47,671 nt of DNA from an uncultured Prevotellamassilia sp. (GTDB lineage: Bacteria > Bacteroidota > Bacteroidia > Bacteroidales > Bacteroidaceae): the NCBI GenBank assembly GCA_964647405.1, contig CAZYHW010000002.1, positions 4,130 to 51,800 of the forward strand, in the 5' to 3' direction. The position numbers were made by a program, and so were the translations under genes. Positions 29,161-41,038 of this stretch are shown here, piece after piece (the first letter of the stretch is position 1; the number at the start of each line of letters is the position of its first letter). A model generated the notes under the pieces. The model worked only from the letters and a program-made list of their open reading frames with translations. It made no database searches and was not told where the DNA came from.

Positions 29161-32079
29161 CTACTTAATCAAAACCTTGTAAGCCTCCGTCGCAGTTCTG
29201 ATGATATAGAGGCCGCGTTGTGCATGGGAGATGTCGCGCACACGCATGCCACGGATGTCATACACCTGCACATCGTCCCCCATTTGGATTAGGTCGGCAC
29301 GCGTCAGGGGGCGTTTCGTGACCGTGACCTCAACGGGGTCGATGGCCGTCGGCAGTCCGGAACTTTTCAGCACGAAATGATACTGGCTGCCCTGGTCGGT
29401 CACTGTCGACGGGTTGCCCGAATATCCATTGACAACCCACTGCATATTGGCTGCCGAGCCATAGGCGGACCCGCGGTCGTTCAACAACACGCTCGATATC
29501 TGCAAACCATATACGTCACTGGTCGAGGACTTGATCAGCTGGAAACTACCCCTGCTCGTCCCTCCATATTGGACATAACGGGTCGTCACAGTCGTACGGT
29601 CGGCTTCGTCTTTCTGAATTTCACTCCAAGAGTCGACCGTTGTTCCGGTAGTAAAGATGAGCGGTTCCTCGTCGTGGGTGTAGATATAGAAGCGGCTTGT
29701 TCCGCTCCCCGCCGCAATGAAATAGAAGAGCTGCTTATCCGCATCCTCACCCTCGTATTCCTCGTTGGAAATCTGTATGGTAGGATTGCCATAATGCTCG
29801 CCCGTTGTCCACAGGAAGCCACGGCTGTCCACGATGTTATAGTAATAACGCACCGTGTCGTTGCTGTACTTGAAGATACCGTCGTGTGGCGTTGCCGCAC
29901 TACCGGCCGAAACATTCGCATTCGGGTCGTAAAGAACGAACTCGTATTGGCTACCGCCGTTGTACGCAACCTCCTCCAAGCTCTCGCCATTGTCGTTGAC
30001 GACCCACTTCATGCTGGCGGACACGCCGTTCTCGCTGCCTCTGTTGTTCAGCACCTCATCGCCGTAGCCTATCAGGTAATATCCGTCCTCGCCGGACTTG
30101 CGCACGACGAACTCCCCGGCCGTGGACGTGCCATATTGCAGATACAAGTCGGTTATCGTCGATGTCTGCTCGTCGGGATTTCCGTCGCCCCAGCTATCCA
30201 CGGTTAGTCCCTCGACGTAATCCACATTTTCGTCGTCTATTGTCTTGATGAGGAAATGCTGATCGTCGCTTCCCGGAAGGAAATAGAAGAGCTGGTTCTG
30301 CATATTACTGCCGCTGCTGTAAAGCGTCGTACTTGCCTGAATGGCATTGTAACCATAGTGTTCGCCACGTGTCCAATAGCCCGTGCGCAGCGAAGAACTT
30401 GCATCGTAACGGTTATCCGCCACACGGTAGTAATATTTCTGTATGTCCGAACTCATCTTGAAGATGCGGTCGTCCATGGAAAGCACTTCACCGACTTCCG
30501 CCACGAGGAACGGGTCGTCCGGCCAACAAATGGTGTCGCCTGTCGATGTGTATATCGGTCGCTGGGCGTCATAAGCACGCAGCGAATCTGCCAACTCCTT
30601 TGACAGTTCGTTCACAACCTCCGGAAGCGTAGAGGCCAAGTCGTTTACTTCCGCAATGTCGTCCTTGACGTTATACAACCGGCGTTCCTGTGTCTCCCAG
30701 AAATAGAGAAGATGGTAGTCGCCTTTCATGATGGCAGAGTACGCGCCATACCCCTCGTCGCGGCTCTGGCTTTCGCCCCACAGGTTCGGGAAGTGCCAGA
30801 TGATAGTGCGGTCCTGTCCTTGCGTGTTATTGCGGATGACATCCACAATACTTTTTCCGTCTACATGCTGCACGGTCTCGTATTCCGTGACGCCCGCCAG
30901 TTCGAGAATGGTTGGGAAGAAATCCTCAATCATCACCCGGCTGTCGTTAGTCGTCCCGCCCTCGGTCACGTTCGGCCAGTAAACAATCATGGGTTCGCGC
31001 ACGCCGCCCATGTAGGAAGAGCCCTTGCCCGCACGCAACGGGTAGTTCTGGTCATAGTTCGCTTGTCCTTGGCGAACAGAAACGGCTTGCCCGCCATTGT
31101 CAGACATGAATATGATAATTGTGTTCTCTGCGACTCCCTGTTCTTCGAGAAAGTCCATGATATCCCCCAAACTCTTATCCATACCCTCAATGAGTGCCGC
31201 ATGGTTGATTTCGTTCGTGTTCAGGTTGGCTTGGAGTTGCTCGTCATACACCCCTGTACCGTCGGCCTGCATATAATTTGTCGTGAAGCGGCTGTCGGGA
31301 TTGTACGGAGTGTGGATAGCATAATGCGACATGTAAAGATAGAACGGTTGGCCATTCTCAATGGGTTCTTCCATCGCTTTGATAGCTTCAAGCGTCAAAG
31401 CTTCTGTCAAGAATGTTCCCTGTGCATAGTAATCTTCAAGCCCGCTCACATGGTAGTTTCCCGACCCATAATTGTCTGCGGCGAGATAGCTGCCCGGGGC
31501 ACCGTTAGCACCACCGGCAATGTTCACGTCGAAGCCCATAGTCAAAGGGTCTTCGCTGGCAGTGGATATAGAACCGAAGTGTGCCTTTCCGCAGTGGATC
31601 GTATGATAACCGTTCTCCTGCAAAATCTTGGTGAATGGTGTGACGAGAGTAGTGTTCTTCAAGTTGTACTCACTCGTCACCGTGTCCGGCTGAATGCCAT
31701 TGTAGTTCCAATCAGGCAGCGTGAGCGTGCTGCTGCTCGCGTCCGTTTTGGTGTCATACTGCAATGTCCAGTTCGTCACCCGGTGACGCGCCGCATTCAT
31801 GCCAGACATCAGGCTGGCACGGGACGGCGACGAGATGGCGCACGCGTAGGCATCCGTAAATTTAACCCCCAATTCGGCCAAGCGTTCCATGTTCGGGGTG
31901 TTATAACGCCTATTAAGTGCAGTCTCTTCCGTCCAGAAGGGAACGGATGTTTCCTGCCATCCCATGTCGTCCACCAAGAAAAAGATAATGTTCGGCTTAT
32001 CCTGAGCCACCAGATTCATGGCAAAAGCCATCGAACTCCCGGCCAGCAGTCCAGCCCTTACAGTCGTACGGTTTTTCAT
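29161..32079 (-). CDS. Ser-type S1 sulfatase with two tandem C-terminal repeat domains and T9SS-type CTD
   Basis: PNIIFFLVDDMGW, SSPSRASLMSG, CGKAH, SDNGG and GGVREP; ATG 32079 gives a signal peptide and follows TATATTTG at 32156-32163; ends GLYII...YKVLIK. Confidence 0.9.
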   Translation of the reverse strand: MKNRTTVRAGLLAGSSMAFAMNLVAQDKPNIIFFLVDDMGWQETSVPFWTEETALNRRYNTPNMERLAELGVKFTDAYACAISSPSRASLMSGMNAARHRVTNWTLQYDTKTDASSSTLTLPDWNYNGIQPDTVTSEYNLKNTTLVTPFTKILQENGYHTIHCGKAHFGSISTASEDPLTMGFDVNIAGGANGAPGSYLAADNYGSGNYHVSGLEDYYAQGTFLTEALTLEAIKAMEEPIENGQPFYLYMSHYAIHTPYNPDSRFTTNYMQADGTGVYDEQLQANLNTNEINHAALIEGMDKSLGDIMDFLEEQGVAENTIIIFMSDNGGQAVSVRQGQANYDQNYPLRAGKGSSYMGGVREPMIVYWPNVTEGGTTNDSRVMIEDFFPTILELAGVTEYETVQHVDGKSIVDVIRNNTQGQDRTIIWHFPNLWGESQSRDEGYGAYSAIMKGDYHLLYFWETQERRLYNVKDDIAEVNDLASTLPEVVNELSKELADSLRAYDAQRPIYTSTGDTICWPDDPFLVAEVGEVLSMDDRIFKMSSDIQKYYYRVADNRYDASSSLRTGYWTRGEHYGYNAIQASTTLYSSGSNMQNQLFYFLPGSDDQHFLIKTIDDENVDYVEGLTVDSWGDGNPDEQTSTITDLYLQYGTSTAGEFVVRKSGEDGYYLIGYGDEVLNNRGSENGVSASMKWVVNDNGESLEEVAYNGGSQYEFVLYDPNANVSAGSAATPHDGIFKYSNDTVRYYYNIVDSRGFLWTTGEHYGNPTIQISNEEYEGEDADKQLFYFIAAGSGTSRFYIYTHDEEPLIFTTGTTVDSWSEIQKDEADRTTVTTRYVQYGGTSRGSFQLIKSSTSDVYGLQISSVLLNDRGSAYGSAANMQWVVNGYSGNPSTVTDQGSQYHFVLKSSGLPTAIDPVEVTVTKRPLTRADLIQMGDDVQVYDIRGMRVRDISHAQRGLYIIRTATEAYKVLIK

Positions 32080-32262
32080 AAGGCACGTATCTTTAAAAAT
32101 AGGTAAAGAGTTCCTTTCTTCTAATTTCGTTATTAGGAGAAGTAGGATTTGATTGCAAATATAGGAATATTTTCGACTAATCATAGTTTTGCTACGTTAA
32201 ATTTCCACTTACTTAATTGAATACATTAACTTTGCCCTATAAATATTCAATAATCAACAGCC

Positions 32263-34254
32263 ATGTCATCTTCTACACCTCCCCCGACCGATTACATTTC
32301 CAAGGAGCCAAGATACCTGAAACTTCTGGCGCGCGACTTTCCCACTATTTCAAGTGTGACGACCGAAATCATCAACCTTGAAGCTATCCTCCACCTTCCC
32401 AAGGCCACGGAACACTTTATGGCCGACCTGCACGGGGAGAACGAGGCTTTCCAGCACATCCTGCGCAATGCGTCGGGAAACATCAAGCGCAAGGTGAACG
32501 AACTGTTCGGGAACACCCTGCGGGAACAGGAGATAAAAGACCTGTGTACCCTCATATATTATCCCGAACAGAAACTGAAACTGGTCAAGTCCCGCGATCG
32601 GCATCTGAAAGACTACTACCAGATCACACTCAACCAGCTCGTGACGGTATGCCGCAATGTATCGTCGAAATACACCCGCTCGAAAGTACGCAAGAGCCTG
32701 CCCGAAGAGTTTTCCTACATCATCGAGGAGTTGCTCCATGAATCCATTGAGGACCACAATAAGCAGGCTTACTTCAACGTCATCATCCACACCATCATCT
32801 CGACCGGCCGAGCCGACGACTTCATCATAGCCATCTGTTACCTCATCCAGCGTTTGGCCATCGACCAGCTCCACATCCTGGGCGACATATACGACCGCGG
32901 CCCGGGGGCGCACCTCATCATGGACACGCTCTGCCATTACCACAACCTGGACATCGAGTGGGGAAACCACGACATACTCTGGATGGGAGCCGCCGCCGGC
33001 AACGCGGTATGCGTCGCCGGGCTCTTGCGGACTTCCCTGAGGTATGCCAACACGCAAACCCTCGAAGAAGGATATGGTATCAACATGGTTCCCCTCGCCA
33101 CCTTTGCCATGGAGATGTATGCCGACGACCCCTGCGAGGCATTCTTGCCCAAGCTCGAAAGCGGGCAGGAATTGAGCGACAAGAACGTGCGGCTCATCGC
33201 CGAGATGCACAAAGCCATCGCCGTCATCCAGTTCAAGCTCGAAAACCAACTCTACAGCCAGCATCCCGAGTGGCAGATGTCGGACCGTATGCTCCTACGG
33301 GCGGTCGACTTCGCACAGCACACCATCACCCTCGACGGAAAGACCTATCCCCTGCTCGACCATCACTTCCCGACCATCAACCCGGACGCACCGGACACCC
33401 TGACCGCCGAGGAGGCCGACTTGATGGAAAAACTGGTTCACTCATTCCGCGTCAGCGACCGCCTGCAACGCCACATGGCCTGCCTTCTGGCACGCGGTGG
33501 GATGTTCGGCATCTACAACTCCAACCTGCTCTTCCACGCCTCCATCCCTCTGAACGAAGACGGAAGCCTGCGCAATGTCCTCGTGGCCGGACGGGAAGTG
33601 AAAGGTAAGGAATTGATCATCAAGGTAGAGGAACAGATACGGCTGGCTTTCGACCGCGGCATTGACGGCGCGGACAAGAAAGAAGCGGTCGACTTTTTCT
33701 GGTATCTATGGTGCGGTCCCAATTCTCCGCTCTTCGACAAGTCCAAGATGGCCACGTTCGAACGCTACTTCATCGCGGACAAGAAGACGCACGTCGAAGA
33801 GAAAGGCTGGTATTACAAGCTCCGTGACAATGCGGAAATATGCGACAAAATCCTCGATGAGTTCGGTGTCACCGGTCCTCACCGGCACATCATCAACGGG
33901 CACGTCCCCGTCAAGGTGGGAAAAGGCGAGAACCCCATCAAGGCCGACGGGAAGCTCATGGTCATCGACGGCGGATTTGCCAAGGCCTATCATGGCACGA
34001 CCGGTATCGCCGGCTACACGCTCGTCTACCACAGCCGCGGTTTCCAGTTGGTACAACACGAACCCTTCACGTCGACAGAGGAGGCCATACGCAACGGAAC
34101 GGACATCAAGAGTACGACTCAAATCGTCGAGATGACAGGGAAGCGAGCCATGGTGAACGACACGGACATAGGTGCTGACCTGCGTGTCCAGATAGCCGAC
34201 CTTCAAAACCTGTTGCTGGCCTATCGCCGCGGAATCCTGAAAGAGAAAAGTTAA
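32263..34254 (+). CDS. fbp: fructose-1,6-bisphosphatase class III
   Basis: EIINLEAILHLPKATEHFMADLHGE, GDIYDRGP, WGNHD, INGHVPV and IDGGF; TAACTTTG at 32227-32234. Confidence 0.95.
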   Translation: MSSSTPPPTDYISKEPRYLKLLARDFPTISSVTTEIINLEAILHLPKATEHFMADLHGENEAFQHILRNASGNIKRKVNELFGNTLREQEIKDLCTLIYYPEQKLKLVKSRDRHLKDYYQITLNQLVTVCRNVSSKYTRSKVRKSLPEEFSYIIEELLHESIEDHNKQAYFNVIIHTIISTGRADDFIIAICYLIQRLAIDQLHILGDIYDRGPGAHLIMDTLCHYHNLDIEWGNHDILWMGAAAGNAVCVAGLLRTSLRYANTQTLEEGYGINMVPLATFAMEMYADDPCEAFLPKLESGQELSDKNVRLIAEMHKAIAVIQFKLENQLYSQHPEWQMSDRMLLRAVDFAQHTITLDGKTYPLLDHHFPTINPDAPDTLTAEEADLMEKLVHSFRVSDRLQRHMACLLARGGMFGIYNSNLLFHASIPLNEDGSLRNVLVAGREVKGKELIIKVEEQIRLAFDRGIDGADKKEAVDFFWYLWCGPNSPLFDKSKMATFERYFIADKKTHVEEKGWYYKLRDNAEICDKILDEFGVTGPHRHIINGHVPVKVGKGENPIKADGKLMVIDGGFAKAYHGTTGIAGYTLVYHSRGFQLVQHEPFTSTEEAIRNGTDIKSTTQIVEMTGKRAMVNDTDIGADLRVQIADLQNLLLAYRRGILKEKS

Positions 34255-34310
34255 ACCGTCCGCCCGGCGCGCTGCGACAAAAGCCCTCCACCCCACTCCG
34301 GAGGGGAATT

Positions 34311-34353
34311 AACGGCCGGAAGGCAGGGACACCCTGTCTCCCGGCCGTTTTTT
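34311..34353 (+). terminator. intrinsic terminator after fbp
   Basis: AACGGCCGG...CCGGCCGTT stem followed by a T run. Confidence 0.75.
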
Positions 34354-34402
34354 GCATTTACCCCAAACCTCACCGCGTCCGGACAGAGTTTGAAAGGGCT
34401 GA

Positions 34403-34482
34403 ACTATCCGGCGACTTGTACGCTCTGTCAGCCGACCCGTCGTGACAAGTCGGCTGACAGTTTCGACGGGTAGCCGACCCGT
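34403..34482. repeat. 21-bp-period palindrome array 9 (4 units)
   Basis: Centres at 34411, 34432, 34453, 34474; spacers acgc, cgtg, ttcg. Confidence 0.9.
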
Positions 34483-34572
34483 TCCTAATCCTTGGCCACA
34501 CGCCTTGTCCTTTTTGCAGACAACCTTTTCACATTCATAGTTTTTCAGTAACTTTGCACCCCGAAAAAATAA

Positions 34573-36204
<1,632 letters not shown>

Positions 36205-36266
36205 ACGTCAGCCATTCCCGTTTTGGTACAATTATTGTTGTCCACATAGAAAAACGACTAAGCAGT

Positions 36267-36857
36267 ATGAGCAAGCAAGATAACAACCCGACCTCTCCGA
36301 CGGAGGAAGAAAAGGTAGCCGTTCCTGAGAACGAGCAAGTCCAGGCAGAGAACGAACAAAGCCAGGAAGAAAAAACGGAAGAGCAGCCCGCAGAGAAGAC
36401 TGACGCGGAAAAACTGGCAGAGGCAGAAGAAGAAATTGCTGCCTTGAAGGACAAATACTTGCGTCAGGTGGCCGAGTTCGACAACTACCGCAAACGGACG
36501 ATGAAAGAGAAGGCCGAGTTGATTCTCAACGGCGGCGAAAAGGTGATGCAAGCCCTCCTGCCCATCCTTGACGACCTCGAACGCGCCTTGGACAATATCG
36601 GGAAAAGCGACAACGTCGAGACGCTCCGCGAGGGGGTCGACCTCATCTTCTCCAAACTGCAAAAGGCTCTGGCCGGACAGGGGCTGAAAAGAATCGAGAC
36701 CGACGGGCAGGATTTCAACACCGACTTCCACGAAGCCATCGCACTGGTGCCTGTGGAAGAAAACGAGAAGAAAGGCAAAATCATAGACTGCGTACAATCG
36801 GGATACCTGCTTAACGACAAAGTCATCCGCCACGCGAAAGTGGCAGTAGGCCAATAA
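36267..36857 (+). CDS. grpE: nucleotide exchange factor GrpE
   Basis: YLRQVAEFDNYRKRT, LLPILDDLERA, FNTDFHEAI and GYLLNDKVIRHAKVAV. Confidence 0.97.
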   Translation: MSKQDNNPTSPTEEEKVAVPENEQVQAENEQSQEEKTEEQPAEKTDAEKLAEAEEEIAALKDKYLRQVAEFDNYRKRTMKEKAELILNGGEKVMQALLPILDDLERALDNIGKSDNVETLREGVDLIFSKLQKALAGQGLKRIETDGQDFNTDFHEAIALVPVEENEKKGKIIDCVQSGYLLNDKVIRHAKVAVGQ

Positions 36858-36889
36858 AGACGACAGACAGAAGCGCACATTAAATATAT

Positions 36890-38053
36890 ATGGCGGAAGA
36901 AATAGACTACTACAAAGTGCTGGATGTCGATCGCACGGCCAGCGCGGATGAAATCAAGAAGGCATATAAGAAGATGGCCATCAAGTATCACCCGGACCGT
37001 AATCCGGGCGATAAGGAGGCCGAAGAAAAATTCAAGCAGGCCGCCGAGGCCTACGACGTACTGCGCGACCCCGACAAGCGGGCACGTTACGACCAGTTCG
37101 GAGCGGCCGGTGTCAACGGGGCAGGCGGATTCGGAGGCTTCGGAGGAGGCCAGGGCATGAACATGGAGGACATCTTCTCCATGTTCGGCGACATCTTTGG
37201 CGGACACGCGGGCTTCGGCGGATTTGGCGGCTTCGGAGGCCATGCGCAGCGGCGGCAATACAAAGGCAGTGACCTGCGCCTGAAAGTCAAGCTCACACTC
37301 GGAGAGATTGCCAAAGGCGTTACCAAGAAGTTCAAGGTACACAAGAACGTCTGCTGCCCCGACTGTCACGGCACGGGCTGCGAGAACGGCAGCCATCCGG
37401 AGACTTGTTCCACCTGTCACGGTTCGGGTCACGTCACACGCACCCAGCGGAGCATCTTCGGTATGGTTCAGACGCAGACCGCATGCCCCACGTGCCACGG
37501 CGAGGGCACCGTCATCAAGAATCCATGCAAGCACTGCCACGGCGACGGCGTGGTGAACGGCGAGGAAATAGTAGAAATCACCATCCCGGCAGGAGTGGCC
37601 GAAGGCATGGTAGTCAATGTGCCGGGCAAAGGCAACGCCGCCAAGCACAATGGCATAAACGGCGACATACAGGTGCTTATCGAAGAAGAGCCGCACCCCG
37701 AATTCGTCCGCGACGAAAACGACTTGATATACACCCTCCTGCTTACCGTTTCACAGGCCGTCCTTGGCGACACGGTAGAAGTCCCGACCATCGACGGGAA
37801 AGCCCGTGTCAAGATAGAACCAGGCACGCAGCCCGGAAAGGTGCTCCGCCTGCGCGGCAAGGGACTGCCTGCCGTACAAGGCTACGGGCAGGGAACCGGC
37901 GACATCGTTATCAACATCAGTGTCTATATCCCCGAAACGTTGACCAAAGAAGAGAGGAACGCATTCGAGAAGATAAAGGACAGCGACAATCTCCTCCCCA
38001 ATCCGAAAGTCAAGAAGACTATCTTCCAGAAGTTCCGCTCGTACTTCGAATAA
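36890..38053 (+). CDS. dnaJ: chaperone DnaJ
   Basis: J-domain HPD, G/F-rich region and four CxxCxGxG repeats. Confidence 0.98.
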   Translation: MAEEIDYYKVLDVDRTASADEIKKAYKKMAIKYHPDRNPGDKEAEEKFKQAAEAYDVLRDPDKRARYDQFGAAGVNGAGGFGGFGGGQGMNMEDIFSMFGDIFGGHAGFGGFGGFGGHAQRRQYKGSDLRLKVKLTLGEIAKGVTKKFKVHKNVCCPDCHGTGCENGSHPETCSTCHGSGHVTRTQRSIFGMVQTQTACPTCHGEGTVIKNPCKHCHGDGVVNGEEIVEITIPAGVAEGMVVNVPGKGNAAKHNGINGDIQVLIEEEPHPEFVRDENDLIYTLLLTVSQAVLGDTVEVPTIDGKARVKIEPGTQPGKVLRLRGKGLPAVQGYGQGTGDIVINISVYIPETLTKEERNAFEKIKDSDNLLPNPKVKKTIFQKFRSYFE

Positions 38054-39355
38054 ATGACGTACCAGGAAACCCTGCAATACCTCTACGAATGCGCTCCCTT
38101 GTTCCAACACATCGGCGGGGACGCTTACAAGGAGGGATTGGAAAACTCGTGGACACTCGATGCCCACTTCCTGCATCCACACACCAAGTTCCGCTCCATA
38201 CACGTCGCCGGGACGAACGGGAAAGGCACATGCTCCCACTCCATAGCCGCTGTGCTGCAAACGGCGGGCTATCGCGTCGGCCTTTACACCTCGCCGCATC
38301 TTGTCGACTTCCGTGAGCGCATCCGCGTCGACGGCCGGATGATTCCAGAGGAGTACGTGATAGACTTCGTTGCCCGCGAGAAGGCATTCTTCGCCCCCCT
38401 GCATCCCTCATTCTTCGAACTGACCACTGCGTTAGCCTTCAAATATTTTGCGGAACAGCAGGTCGACGTGGCGGTTATAGAAACGGGACTTGGCGGTCGC
38501 CTTGACTGCACGAATATCATTACTCCCGTCCTTTCCGTCATCACCAACATCAGCCTCGACCATACCCAATTCCTTGGCTCGACCCTGGCTGCGATAGCCC
38601 ATGAGAAAGCCGGTATCATCAAGCCGGGCATTCCCGTCGTCGTGGGTGAGACCACAAGTGAGACCCGTCCGGTGTTCCAAGACGCTGCCGCCGAAGCAGG
38701 AGCGGAAATCACTTTTGCCGAGGACGAGCCGGAAGTCCGTGCCGTCTATCCGGCGGACAATGGCAATGCCTTGCAGTTCGACACCCGGACATTCGGCTCT
38801 GTGTCCAGTCTGCTCGCCGGAAGCTATCAGGCGAAGAACATGAACACGTTGCTCACAGCCCTGCGCATCCTGCGGCAAGGCGACTTCCACTTCACGGCAG
38901 ACGACGTGCGCACGGGACTGTCGACCGTCATGAGCCTGACAGGGCTGCAAGGCCGATGGCAAACCCTCCGCGCACACCCGAAAGTCGTTTGCGACACCGG
39001 GCATAACGTCGGCGCATGGACGTTCCTGTCGCAACAGCTGCGCAACCAGCCTTGCGACAAGCTGCGCGTCGTCTTCGGCATGGCAGGTGACAAGGATGTC
39101 GAAACTGTCCTGTCGCTTCTTCCGCACGATGCCGTCTATTACTTCACCCAAGCGTCGGTCCGCCGCGCCCTCGGGGCGGATGAGCTCACCCGCATGGCTT
39201 CCCGTCACGGGCTGACCGGCGGCTGCTTCCCCTCCGTGGCCGAAGCATACAGCCAAGCCCTGCACGATGCCGGACAGGAAGACTTCATCTTCGTCGGCGG
39301 AAGCAGTTTCGTCGTGGCCGACCTGCTTTCTTTTCTCCGCACTCGCCCCCAATGA
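38054..39355 (+). CDS. folC: folylpolyglutamate synthase / dihydrofolate synthase
   Basis: IHVAGTNGKG, YTSPHLVDFRERI, ETGLGGRLDCTN and EKAGIIK. Confidence 0.96.
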   Translation: MTYQETLQYLYECAPLFQHIGGDAYKEGLENSWTLDAHFLHPHTKFRSIHVAGTNGKGTCSHSIAAVLQTAGYRVGLYTSPHLVDFRERIRVDGRMIPEEYVIDFVAREKAFFAPLHPSFFELTTALAFKYFAEQQVDVAVIETGLGGRLDCTNIITPVLSVITNISLDHTQFLGSTLAAIAHEKAGIIKPGIPVVVGETTSETRPVFQDAAAEAGAEITFAEDEPEVRAVYPADNGNALQFDTRTFGSVSSLLAGSYQAKNMNTLLTALRILRQGDFHFTADDVRTGLSTVMSLTGLQGRWQTLRAHPKVVCDTGHNVGAWTFLSQQLRNQPCDKLRVVFGMAGDKDVETVLSLLPHDAVYYFTQASVRRALGADELTRMASRHGLTGGCFPSVAEAYSQALHDAGQEDFIFVGGSSFVVADLLSFLRTRPQ

Positions 39356-40233
39356 TTGACATCTGTTGCGTCGGGCACATCACCCTCGACAAGATTACCA
39401 CTCCCTCACAGAGCCTATACATGCCGGGAGGCACGGCCTACTATTTCACAGAGGGCATCAGGCATCTGGGAAAGCTCGACTACCAACTCGTCACGGCCGT
39501 CGGCGAGGCGGGTATGCCGGTAATCCGGCAGATGAGGGAAAACGGGACAGCCATCAAACTGGTGGACAGCACGAGCAGCGTATTCTTCGAAAACATCTAC
39601 GGAACGAATCCCAACCATCGGACACAGCGTGTGCGTTCCAAGGCCACTCCGTTCACGGTCAAAGACTTGGAAGGGATTGATGCCCGCATCTTCCACTTGG
39701 GCAGCCTGCTGGCCGACGACTTCGCGCCCGACCTCATCCCCTACCTGCACACGAAGGGAATGGTGTCGCTCGACGTGCAGGGATTGCTGCGCGAAGTGCG
39801 CGGCGAGGAAGTGTTCCCCACAGATTGGGAAGCCAAACGCGAACTCCTGCCATACGTGGACATCCTGAAAGTCAACGAATACGAGATGGAAGTGCTCACC
39901 GGCTACGATGAACCGCACGAGGCGGCACGACAGCTCGCCGGATGGGGATGCCCCGAGGTATGCATAACCGACGGCAGTTACGGGTCGCTGATTTATGCGC
40001 AGGGAACTTTCTACGACATCCCGGCTTTCCGTCCCACCCTCGTCACCGATGTCACAGGGTGCGGCGACACTTATTCCACTGGCTACCTCTACAAGCGCAT
40101 ACAAGGGGCGGGATACGAAGAGGCCGGACGCTTCGCCGCCGCCATGGCCACCCTCAAACTTCAAGCCGCAGGCCCTTTCGCCCAGACGGAAAGCGACATC
40201 ATCCGGACTGTCGAGCAAGGCGACATCATCTAA
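39352..40233 (+). CDS. PfkB family carbohydrate kinase
   Basis: VGHITLD, PGGTAYY, LKVNEYE and DVTGCGDTY. Confidence 0.88.
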   Translation: MIDICCVGHITLDKITTPSQSLYMPGGTAYYFTEGIRHLGKLDYQLVTAVGEAGMPVIRQMRENGTAIKLVDSTSSVFFENIYGTNPNHRTQRVRSKATPFTVKDLEGIDARIFHLGSLLADDFAPDLIPYLHTKGMVSLDVQGLLREVRGEEVFPTDWEAKRELLPYVDILKVNEYEMEVLTGYDEPHEAARQLAGWGCPEVCITDGSYGSLIYAQGTFYDIPAFRPTLVTDVTGCGDTYSTGYLYKRIQGAGYEEAGRFAAAMATLKLQAAGPFAQTESDIIRTVEQGDII

Positions 40234-40417
40234 GCCCTTTCATCCAAACGTGATACCCTGCCGAGATTTCCGGCCGGGCGCATCGGCATATCCTTTTCTC
40301 CTGTTCTGAAAACGGACTATCTGCAAGACATGGGCGGATAGCCGGAAATCAGACCGCCTTTCACCCCATTCTTCTGTTTATTAGTCTCTCCCATGAGACC
40401 AAATAGTGAAACCTCAT

Positions 40418-40833
40418 CTAATTGGACAGGGCGAAATAAAGGAAAGCAGCAAGTCCACCCAAAATGATAAGCAGAATAATAAGACGGAAAATCCAACTCA
40501 CCAAAACGGCACGGAAATACCATCTACCAAGACTATCTTTATCGAATTCCTTATCCATATCGGCAAATATATCATTACTTCCTGGAAAGCTCAACACACT
40601 TATTGACAATTTTATATTAGCAGCGTAAATTTCCACATCCATAGGCGGAATTGTCAACTCTGGCAACGCATTATTACGGTCTTCACGGAGGGATAGAGTA
40701 AGGAGGGAACTTTATCCGAACAAGGCCGGTCATAGAAGAGCCACTTAACGGCAAGCTCATTGCAGGTCCAGATAAACTCATACCGTTCAGTAAAGTTTTG
40801 ATGTTCGGAACGCTTATCGAAGATAGAACGCAT
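40418..40833 (-). pseudogene. possible frameshifted remnant of a small membrane-anchored protein gene
   Basis: AT-richer stretch; two overlapping minus-strand frames (40654-40833 and 40418-~40710), the second ending in a TM-like segment LIILLIILGGLAAFLYFAL. Confidence 0.25.
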
Positions 40834-40847
40834 GACATGCGTAATAA

Positions 40848-40906
40848 CCAAGTCGCCGGATAGGAACGACAAGTCGGCGACCCGTCGCGACTAGTCGGCT
40901 GATAGA
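40848..40906. repeat. 21-bp-period palindrome array 10 (3 units)
   Basis: Centres at 40856, 40877, 40898; spacers aacg, cgcg. Confidence 0.88.
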
Positions 40907-41038
40907 TTTCCCGCATAGCCGGTGCCCAATCCGCACACTGCCGCTGCCATCCACAAATCCTATGGAACAAGTTCCCCGAAGGCGAAAAATATTCACCGGT
41001 TATCCCGTGTGTCGTGGAAATCCGTATCTTTGCTTTCC

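Noticed and set aside
36267-38053. grpE-dnaJ without dnaK or hrcA
   Set aside because: This is a common arrangement in Bacteroidales, not unusual.
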